Assembly: GCA_965602015.1 (NCBI GenBank)
Contig: OZ271918.1
Location: 3,648,001 to 3,712,000 of the forward strand
Reading direction: 5' to 3'
DNA length: 64,000 nt
Source of the DNA: Salinispira sp.
GTDB taxonomy: Bacteria > Spirochaetota > Spirochaetia > DSM-27196 > Salinispiraceae
Shown here: positions 56,773 through 64,000 of the stretch, one piece after another
Layout: each line of letters starts with the position of its first letter
How positions within the stretch are numbered: the first letter of the stretch is position 1
Translations under genes and position numbers: made by a program
Notes under the pieces: generated by a model
Seen by the model: only the letters and a program-made list of their open reading frames with translations
Told to the model about the DNA's origin: nothing
Database searches by the model: none

Positions 56773-58530
56773 ATGATGAAACTCAATAGAACTTTATCGA
56801 TATTCGCAATTCTGATGGCGTTGCTCGCTGGGACAGCGTTGACGGGTCAGGAAAGCATCGTAGATTTGCGAGAGCTCGATCTGGAATCTGTCGATTTTTC
56901 CCAGGCGCGCATCAGCATTGCCGGTCCCGGATCATTTTTGATTCGTTCGGTACAGCTGGACGGGCAAAGTTACTCGGTAATATTCGAGGAAGCAGAGGGT
57001 AACTGGATCGTTTCACAGCTCATCCCCGAAGAAAGCGCTCCGGTCTTGCCTGCAAATGTTGTGCTGGATTTTGCAACCATCTCTATAACCGAGGAAGGAT
57101 TGCTCATCGACGGCATTATTATTGACGGAAAGAGCTACAGTACGACTCTCGTTCTCGGCGGCTCAGGTCTTACCCCCCCAAGCACGTTGAGCGCGGCGAA
57201 GCTGGTCGGCGCATCGCTGACCCGGGTTACCCGGGATGCGGGTCTTTTTACCGCCGATGAGGTCAACAGCCAAAGCGCACAGATTGCCAGCCTCACCGAG
57301 CGCAATACCGAACTGGTATCTCAGGTTGGAGATCTCAGCGACCAGCTGTTTAATCTGCGGGATGAAAACCAGCGGCTGAATGATCAAATGCTCCGCCTTC
57401 GCGAGGAAAAGGCGCAACTTGATACCGAGGTCGCCAGTCTCGAAGAGCAGGTTAGAATGCTCGAAGCGGCGGCCTCGGAGATTCGCGCTGCGGAAGCCGA
57501 CGAAGACAGCGCAGCAATCGAGGCCGCCGCGGTGGCCGAAGCCGGTGCAGAGAGCGGCGCCGCGGCGCAAGAACGCGTATCCGAGGTCGAGGATGGGGCA
57601 AATGAGCTGCTCCGGCAGCGAATAACCGTACTTCTGGAACGCATTGCGATTCTTGAAGACCGCATTGTCGATCTTGAGACTGAGCTGGACGGGGTGCGTC
57701 TGGCCAATGCTGAAGAAGAAGCCGCATCGGTGTTCCCGACCGCCGCGGACGGAAGCGATTCAGCGGGGGAGCCCGCCGGTGACGAATCTGCCATCGACGA
57801 GTCCGCCGCCGATGAGTATTTGCAGCGCATCAGCCGTCTTGAGGCGATTATTGAAGACCTCCGGGTTGAAAATGCCCGGCTGTCGGCGGACCGCAGCAGT
57901 ATTGAGCAGGAGGTCAGACGGAGGCTTCTCAGCGAGGGATTTATAGCCGCAATGCTGCCCGATCTGAACCGACGGCTGTACAGCGGATTCGAGGGAAGTC
58001 AGGCCCAATTAGGCAGCTGGTCAATGAACGACGGGGTAATGGCGCAGAATGACGCAAATCAGTTTTTCGCCAAACTCGCCCTGCCCCTGCCCCAGGAGAC
58101 CCGGCCGACCCTGTACCGCTTCGACGGGCGGAGTCCGGGAGCCGGATGGGTGGGTTTTGGAATACACATTTTCGCCTCCCGCTCGGAGCGCCGGGGGTAC
58201 GGTTTCGGAGAGAGCCTCCTGCTATGGTTTACCCGGGATGCCGGCGAATACGGAAATTACCGGACATATCTTGAGATCTATCGCTCCAGCGACGATATCA
58301 ACATGGCACGGGTGATGAGCGCGGCGGTGGCCGAGGATATTGGCGAATGGATGGACATCGAGCTCCTCTATGAGCCCCAAGAGGAATATATCACTGTCGC
58401 CATTGGCGGCGAGGAGAAGGTCCGTTACAAGACTTGGTTCGGCATCGAAAGCGGCGTTGATATCGCACTGCGCACCCTGGATCGGGGGGAATTCCGAAAC
58501 CTCGAAATACTGACCACCGACGGGGATTAA
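56773..58530 (+). CDS. Secreted coiled-coil protein with beta-rich terminal domains
   Basis: Signal peptide, long heptad-rich central part, beta-rich C-terminus. Confidence 0.7.
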   Translation: MMKLNRTLSIFAILMALLAGTALTGQESIVDLRELDLESVDFSQARISIAGPGSFLIRSVQLDGQSYSVIFEEAEGNWIVSQLIPEESAPVLPANVVLDFATISITEEGLLIDGIIIDGKSYSTTLVLGGSGLTPPSTLSAAKLVGASLTRVTRDAGLFTADEVNSQSAQIASLTERNTELVSQVGDLSDQLFNLRDENQRLNDQMLRLREEKAQLDTEVASLEEQVRMLEAAASEIRAAEADEDSAAIEAAAVAEAGAESGAAAQERVSEVEDGANELLRQRITVLLERIAILEDRIVDLETELDGVRLANAEEEAASVFPTAADGSDSAGEPAGDESAIDESAADEYLQRISRLEAIIEDLRVENARLSADRSSIEQEVRRRLLSEGFIAAMLPDLNRRLYSGFEGSQAQLGSWSMNDGVMAQNDANQFFAKLALPLPQETRPTLYRFDGRSPGAGWVGFGIHIFASRSERRGYGFGESLLLWFTRDAGEYGNYRTYLEIYRSSDDINMARVMSAAVAEDIGEWMDIELLYEPQEEYITVAIGGEEKVRYKTWFGIESGVDIALRTLDRGEFRNLEILTTDGD

Positions 58531-59783
58531 CCCTTCCAGCGCAGCATGAGGAAGGTGATGTCGTCGTGAAGGGGAGTGTGCTGCCGGAACCGGTGAAAAT
58601 CCTCCAGCAGCCGCACCCGAACGGTTTTGAGATCATTGTCCCGGTTGGCCACGAGAAAATCCTTTAAGCGCTTAAGCCCAAACTCTTCTCCGTCCTTATT
58701 TTCCTGTTCAATAATTCCGTCGCTGATAAGCAGTAGAAGATCGCCGGGCTCGAGGCTGTAGTGGAAGACCTCGGGATTAACTTCCTCCATGACGCCGATG
58801 GGATAGTTGGAGTCATGGCTTTTGATTTTGAGCAGCTTGCCGTCCCGGAAAATAAAGGCGAGACCGTGACCCATGTCGGCGATGTTTATGCTTCCTTTCT
58901 CGGTGTTCAGATCGAAAAACACGCCGGTGACGTATTTCTCCAGTTCGAATGTGGTAATAAAGAAATCGTTGAGAGTTGTGATGAGAGAACCCACGCCTTT
59001 GTGGTTATCGAATACTTTGATTGTCCCCCACAAAGCCGAGGTGACCAGCGAGGCTGAGACCCCTTTGCCCGAGACATCGCAGAGAGTCATAAACCAGCGG
59101 CCTTTTGCGAAGTTCTTTATGTTGTAGAAGTCGCCCCCAACACCCTTTGCCATGGTTGACGAGGCTGCCAGTTCGAAGTGGTCGCGGTTGAGATAGGAAA
59201 ATTCTTTCACGACCCGATTCTGGATGGCTCGTGCCAATGCAATATCTTGCTGGGTCATTTCCGAAAGATAGATTAGCAAGTCCTGGGAGGAAAACAGCCC
59301 GGCGAACTCGCCGCTGCCGGATTTGAGTGGAAAGTAGTGAACCTCTCCCCGGTGATCGAATTGACTCATGCGTTCCGAGACGGTGAAGATGTTGGTATCG
59401 AGGTAGATGGGTTCTTCGCTGATGGCCACCCGTTCCACCAGTTCTCTTCTCATGACGTCCCGGCCGAAGGGCCTGCTGAGAAGGTCGAATAGATCCCGTC
59501 GGTTTATGAGGCCGATGCACAGGCCCTTGCCGTCGACAACCCCCACTGCCTGGATGTCCGGATCTTCGGTGAGGTCATCCGCCAGATCGAGCAAATTGGC
59601 GTCGTAGGCGACATACCACCGGCTCGATGCCAGTTTGATAATGGTTTCACCCTGGTCTTTGAATTCCCGCGCCAGCTTGAGGACCTTGCGCCCTTCGCTG
59701 CTGAGCTTCGGCTGGGTTTCGTTCAGGTCCTCCTGAAGCTCGTTAAGCAATGCGTCAAAATCATTGTCGTGCTCGGCTACCAT
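58527..59783 (-). CDS. CBS-like plus SpoIIE/PP2C phosphatase
   Basis: VGGDFY, CDVSGKG, SDGIIE and DDITF motifs. N-terminal VVD...GLI CBS-like region. Confidence 0.9.
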   Translation of the reverse strand: MVAEHDNDFDALLNELQEDLNETQPKLSSEGRKVLKLAREFKDQGETIIKLASSRWYVAYDANLLDLADDLTEDPDIQAVGVVDGKGLCIGLINRRDLFDLLSRPFGRDVMRRELVERVAISEEPIYLDTNIFTVSERMSQFDHRGEVHYFPLKSGSGEFAGLFSSQDLLIYLSEMTQQDIALARAIQNRVVKEFSYLNRDHFELAASSTMAKGVGGDFYNIKNFAKGRWFMTLCDVSGKGVSASLVTSALWGTIKVFDNHKGVGSLITTLNDFFITTFELEKYVTGVFFDLNTEKGSINIADMGHGLAFIFRDGKLLKIKSHDSNYPIGVMEEVNPEVFHYSLEPGDLLLLISDGIIEQENKDGEEFGLKRLKDFLVANRDNDLKTVRVRLLEDFHRFRQHTPLHDDITFLMLRWKG

Positions 59784-59829
59784 ATCGCGTTCCTCAAAAC
59801 TAAGTTCGCATTCTATTCTACCATATTTC

Positions 59830-60378
59830 TCAACTGTCCATCAGGTCGTGGTGTTTCTTGGGAAAAATTTTCTGCGCAGCAACGCAGTTCCGGGCTTCGG
59901 TAAAGACATAGCCGCCGTTCCAGTACTCGACTGCCGCGAAAAGCGCATTGCCCCCGTCGCTTTCGTCGCTGTGTTCAGTCCGGTATGAAACATACTGGGC
60001 AAGTTCAAGATAATCGTCGGCCAACACGCATTCCATCCGGTGGCGGTTGAAATCATTCCATTCCTCAATGCCGGAAAAGCCGGGCCCCTCGTCTTCAACG
60101 ATGATTCTCGCTTCCTCAGGAGTGAATTTGTACCACACCTTGACCCTCTTGGCCGGATCGCATTTATTGCCGTGCTTTACTGCATTTTTTATGACTTCGC
60201 TTATCTGCTGCTCGAGCAGGTTGAGTTCCTTGATTTCCACCGGCGCTTTTTGCACAATCAGGAGGGTGAAGTACCGGATTTGACGAAAATCGCTGGGAAA
60301 TTCCTTGTAAAACATATCGCTGGTGTCGAACAGCGGACTGTCCCCGTCTACTTGAATAAGCTTGAGTTCGTTATCCAT
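59830..60378 (-). CDS. RsbW/SpoIIAB-like ATP-binding protein (anti-sigma kinase fold)
   Basis: EVIKNAVKHGN N-box and VEDEGPGF G1 box. Confidence 0.82.
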   Translation of the reverse strand: MDNELKLIQVDGDSPLFDTSDMFYKEFPSDFRQIRYFTLLIVQKAPVEIKELNLLEQQISEVIKNAVKHGNKCDPAKRVKVWYKFTPEEARIIVEDEGPGFSGIEEWNDFNRHRMECVLADDYLELAQYVSYRTEHSDESDGGNALFAAVEYWNGGYVFTEARNCVAAQKIFPKKHHDLMDS

Positions 60379-60388
60379 ACAGGACCTC

Positions 60389-60727
60389 TTATGAGTTTAT
60401 AAAGGCGACAGCGTCATCGATGGTTTCCTCGATGGGAAAAAAACCCGTGAGGCGGGTCAGATCCATAACTTTTTTTGCGGTGCTGTGCACGTTTGCAAGG
60501 CAAAACTTGATATTTTTTTGCTGAACGACGGCGTACATATTAATCAGGGTGCCGATTCCGCTGGAATCAAGATAATGAACGCCATCGAGATTTATGATTA
60601 TGCTGGCGACGCTTTTGTCCACCATCTTTGAGAATAAATCCTTGAGCTTCGATGTGTTATACAGGTCCAGCTCGCCGATGACATCGATGATGTATATGTC
60701 CTGAACCTTGCGCAATCGTAATTCCAT
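60389..60727 (-). CDS. STAS domain anti-sigma factor antagonist
   Basis: GELDLY and YLDSSGIG phospho-Ser motif. Confidence 0.93.
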   Translation of the reverse strand: MELRLRKVQDIYIIDVIGELDLYNTSKLKDLFSKMVDKSVASIIINLDGVHYLDSSGIGTLINMYAVVQQKNIKFCLANVHSTAKKVMDLTRLTGFFPIEETIDDAVAFINS

Positions 60728-60745
60728 GTAACCCTCCGCCCTTTT

Positions 60746-62656
60746 TTAGGCGATTTTTACTACCACAAGAGAGCGGTCGTCGAATTGTTCTGCATCCTGC
60801 TGAAAACCTGAAACCTCTTCGAGAAGATAATTCCGTATTGATTCCGCATCAAGACTGTGGTGGCTGATGAGACATCTTACCAGATTTTTATATCCAAATT
60901 GAATACCCTGGCTGTTCCGGGTTTCAATAAGTCCGTCGGTGTACAGCAGTATGATATCTCCCGATTCGACGGGGACCTTTTTGCTCTCGTAGGCGCTTCG
61001 CGGGTCGATGCCGATGGGCGGGGCTTCGCTCCGTAGAGTCTGAATGATGCCCTCTTCCATTCTGTATATCACGACGGTCTGATGAGCCGCCCCTGCGTAG
61101 TCCAGCTCGCGTTTTTCTGCGTCAAAACCCAGGTAGATCAGATTGGCAAAGCGGTCGAGGCGGATTCTTCGGGTCACCGCCCGGTTAATCCAGTTGAGCA
61201 CGCTGCCGGCGTCCCGGTCGGAGCCGGCGATCAGCTGAAATGTCGCCCGAATCATGGACATTACCAGTACCGAGGGCATTCCCCGGCCGGCGACGTCGCA
61301 TAGAATAACCGCAGAGGTTCCCGCGGCACCGTTCACCGCATCGTAGTAATCGCTGTGAATCCCCTCGACTGCCTGGGTCGATGCGGAAATCTGCAGCCCT
61401 TCGGCGGACGGGATTTTTTTCGGCATCAGAAGCCGCTGCATCTCCCCCGCAAGCTCCGCTTCGCTGAGCGCCTTCCGGGTTTCGTGACTTTCGAGGAACA
61501 ACTGAATGTTTTGAATCGAGATGCTGGCAAAATCCATGAATGAACGTATCGCCTTGTAGTCCTTCGGGGAAAAGCGCCGCAGTTGACGGCTGCGGGCGAG
61601 CAGGAATATTCCGTAGACCTTTCCCGAGACCAGGATCGGACAGAGCATAAGCGAGTTGATAAGTGGATGTCCGGTAAAATCTCCGTCATGAGATCCTCCA
61701 TGACCGTCCTTTTGAACGGTCTGGCCCGAGAGAAATACATCCTTCAAGGGACCGTCGGCGATGCGGTATATATCATCAGCTTCATATACTTCCGAATTCC
61801 GCTGGCTCTTCCCTGCGACAGTAAATTCGGTTATAACCGGGAACTCCCCCCTGACGGCTTCCACCCTCATGATGAACTGCCTGGCGTCTTCAACGAGCAT
61901 AAGGGCCGAGGCGTCGGCTCCGGCGTTAATGGCTGCCGCATCGAGAATTTCCTTGTTTATCTGCCGCGCCTGGTCTCCGTCGAGGACAAGCTGTCCCAGT
62001 TTCGAGATTATTCCCTGTATGGTTTCCAAATCGAAGTTGAGCTGACTGATGTGTTCCGTATCTTCATCGCGGCGATGCTGATCGTATAGCCGCAGAAGTA
62101 AAACGGGAATCAGGACAAACAGCTGAGGAAGAAAGACTGGGGTTCGCCCAAGCCTCAAAGCGGTGAAGGCTATCAGCCCATGGATGATTAACGCGCTTAT
62201 CGTCATTGCCGCGGCGGCTTTACGGCTGATATCCTCGGCGGACGGATCGGCGGGGGAGGCGAGCCTGCTCAGGAGGCCAAAAACCGTCCAGGCTGCCGCC
62301 GGAAGCACAAGTTTGACCATAGGGGCTGTACCCGGCAATAAAAGCAGGACCAGTGATGCCCCGCCCAGACCCAGCAATGCAAAACCGCGCAGCACCGAGG
62401 ACCTCGCCTGCTTGAAATTGCCGAGCCAGTGAACAGACAGCAGGGCCATGGCACTGGGAAATACCCAGCTTATAACCGCGTTGTGATCAAAAAATGCAAT
62501 TGTCACAGATTGGGCGAAAAGGACCGCTAAGAGGGCATAGCCCGTCCTGATTCCGGGCAACCGGGAATCCCGGGAAACTGTCGAGGCATACAGGCCCAGG
62601 AGGGAGAGTAAGAGCATGTTACCGAGGAACACCGGATTCTGAAGAATTTCTCGCAT
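60746..62656 (-). CDS. Membrane-bound GAF plus SpoIIE/PP2C phosphatase
   Basis: N-terminal TM bundle, GAF domain, SDYYD, CDVAGRG, YTDGLIE and FDDRS motifs. Confidence 0.9.
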   Translation of the reverse strand: MREILQNPVFLGNMLLLSLLGLYASTVSRDSRLPGIRTGYALLAVLFAQSVTIAFFDHNAVISWVFPSAMALLSVHWLGNFKQARSSVLRGFALLGLGGASLVLLLLPGTAPMVKLVLPAAAWTVFGLLSRLASPADPSAEDISRKAAAAMTISALIIHGLIAFTALRLGRTPVFLPQLFVLIPVLLLRLYDQHRRDEDTEHISQLNFDLETIQGIISKLGQLVLDGDQARQINKEILDAAAINAGADASALMLVEDARQFIMRVEAVRGEFPVITEFTVAGKSQRNSEVYEADDIYRIADGPLKDVFLSGQTVQKDGHGGSHDGDFTGHPLINSLMLCPILVSGKVYGIFLLARSRQLRRFSPKDYKAIRSFMDFASISIQNIQLFLESHETRKALSEAELAGEMQRLLMPKKIPSAEGLQISASTQAVEGIHSDYYDAVNGAAGTSAVILCDVAGRGMPSVLVMSMIRATFQLIAGSDRDAGSVLNWINRAVTRRIRLDRFANLIYLGFDAEKRELDYAGAAHQTVVIYRMEEGIIQTLRSEAPPIGIDPRSAYESKKVPVESGDIILLYTDGLIETRNSQGIQFGYKNLVRCLISHHSLDAESIRNYLLEEVSGFQQDAEQFDDRSLVVVKIA

Positions 62657-62848
62657 AGTCACCACATCGTTTTTTTCCGATACTACCGGGCTGGTGTTAG
62701 GAATCAATGAATTCGGCGTTGTTTTTCCATGGCAGCCTGGGGCCCCGTGACTGGTCAAAACCGCCCTAACATGGTAGCTTCCTCAACCGCCGCAGGCAGC
62801 TTTGTCTGCGGCGTCGTATAATGTAAAAAGATATTTCAGGAGGACGGT

Positions 62849-63592
62849 ATCAACCGCATTGCATATATCGTCATCAGCGCCCTGCTGTTTGCCGGCAGCG
62901 GCATCCATTTCACCGCCAACGCGCCCCGGGGCGACCGGTACTATCAAGAGCACCGAATGAACCGGAAAAGTCAGTCCGTGGCGTTTTTTATTCCGGAGAA
63001 AGAGGATTTCAAGCGGGTCGAGGCTCCGCCGATTCTCCCTTCTTTGGATGTGTTCTTGTACTCCGATGCTCCCGCGCTTCATTTTTACCGCAATGAGCGG
63101 ACCAGGGAGGCGGTAATTGATTTTTTCGTCAGCCTCACGGGATCCGAGCAGGTTGCTCTGTCCACCATGTATTATTCCAATAAGCACGATATCCCATTCC
63201 TGCTCAGTTTTTCGCTGATGCACACCGAAAGCAGGTTTTTGCCCGACGCCGTAAACTTCAACGATCGCTCAATTGACCGGGGTATTTTCCAGCTAAACAA
63301 TTTGGCATTTCCCCATCTGAATGAAGAGGACTTTTTTAACCCCGACCTCAATGCCAGTTACGGCGTGGCCCACATCGAATGGTGCCTGGGGGTCTCCTCC
63401 AATCTCGACCAGGCCCTGGCGATTTACAATGCGGGCTACGGGAAGGTGGTGCATAACGGGATCATCCCCTTAAGTACCCTGGATTACATCCAAAAAATCC
63501 ATCGTTACCGCGAAGCGCTCAACGACGAATTCTACCGGTACCTGGTGGCGGAAATTCCCGAACGGGTGCTGAACCTGGCCGCGCTTCCCTGA
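62849..63592 (+). CDS. SLT-domain lytic transglycosylase
   Basis: TESRF (catalytic Glu), DRGIFQLN and ALAIYNAG motifs. ORF track starts at ATG 62957, but RBS and signal peptide point to ATC at 62849. Confidence 0.85.
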   Translation: MNRIAYIVISALLFAGSGIHFTANAPRGDRYYQEHRMNRKSQSVAFFIPEKEDFKRVEAPPILPSLDVFLYSDAPALHFYRNERTREAVIDFFVSLTGSEQVALSTMYYSNKHDIPFLLSFSLMHTESRFLPDAVNFNDRSIDRGIFQLNNLAFPHLNEEDFFNPDLNASYGVAHIEWCLGVSSNLDQALAIYNAGYGKVVHNGIIPLSTLDYIQKIHRYREALNDEFYRYLVAEIPERVLNLAALP

Positions 63593-63620
63593 GCCTGGCG
63601 GCGCGTGCTATGCTCGTGCC

Positions 63621-64000
63621 ATGGTCATCATTCTCAACCAGCACATCCGCGAGGACGAAAAAGAGCATATCCGCCGCATGCTCAGCGGTCACGGCTACAT
63701 TCTGCGGGAGATTGTCGGAAGCGAGGAGACGGTTCTTGGGGCAGTGGGTCCGGCCCGGCTCGATATCCGGGAGGTGGAAGTGCTGCCCGGCGTGGCCCGG
63801 GTCATACCCATTAGCCAACCCTTCAAACTGGCGTCCAGGGAGCTACAGGCGCGGGACAGCATTGTCCGGGTCGGGGAGGTGCCCGTTGGAAGCGGCCGGG
63901 TGGTGGTAATCGCCGGGCCCGGCGTCGTTGAGAGCCGGGAACAGATTATGGAGACCGCTGCCCAGGTACGGGAAGCAGGCGCAGTAATTCTCCGTGGCGG
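63621..64000 (+). CDS. aroF: Type I-beta DAHP synthase with N-terminal regulatory domain (runs off window end)
   Basis: Not in ORF track. MVIILNQ...LPGVARVIPISQPFKLASRE...VIAGPGVVESREQI...AGAVILRGG. Confidence 0.85.
   Translation, partial: MVIILNQHIREDEKEHIRRMLSGHGYILREIVGSEETVLGAVGPARLDIREVEVLPGVARVIPISQPFKLASRELQARDSIVRVGEVPVGSGRVVVIAGPGVVESREQIMETAAQVREAGAVILRG

Overview
Bacterial chromosomal window whose gene content and order (pyrG-lptCAB-rpoN-hpf-hprK-ptsH...lexA-holA, a stand-alone EF-G followed by a small P-loop ATPase, carD) suggest a free-living spirochaete (inference). Bases 1-~3230 are the visibly AT-richer end of an integrative element at the 3' end of tRNA-Leu(CAG). It carries a tyrosine integrase, an excisionase-like HTH gene missed by the ORF track, an orphan SMI1/KNR4 (SUKH) gene, a duplicated ~120-bp module and a recurring 13-bp motif. 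The rest is mostly core genome: two Hsp20 genes, cheR/cheB/lipB, the rpoN superoperon with an NtrY/NtrX-like pair, uvrC, a TPR protein with a Pro/Gln tandem repeat, pheST, a DAK2-DegV fusion opposite plsY, an MCP, fusA, oppA, a partner-switching cluster and the start of a DAHP synthase. Main observations: (1) a complete ribosome-coupled attenuator with five consecutive Phe codons ahead of pheST; (2) a cNMP-binding domain fused to an AMP-nucleosidase-like domain, next to an NDK-like protein and a His-less pseudo-kinase; (3) a sigma54 promoter on one hsp20, and an unannotated 41-aa protein and structured leader at the other; (4) several enzymes with substituted catalytic residues; (5) a probable ATC start codon and several apparently leaderless genes. 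All family calls come from motif recognition by eye; no searches were run.
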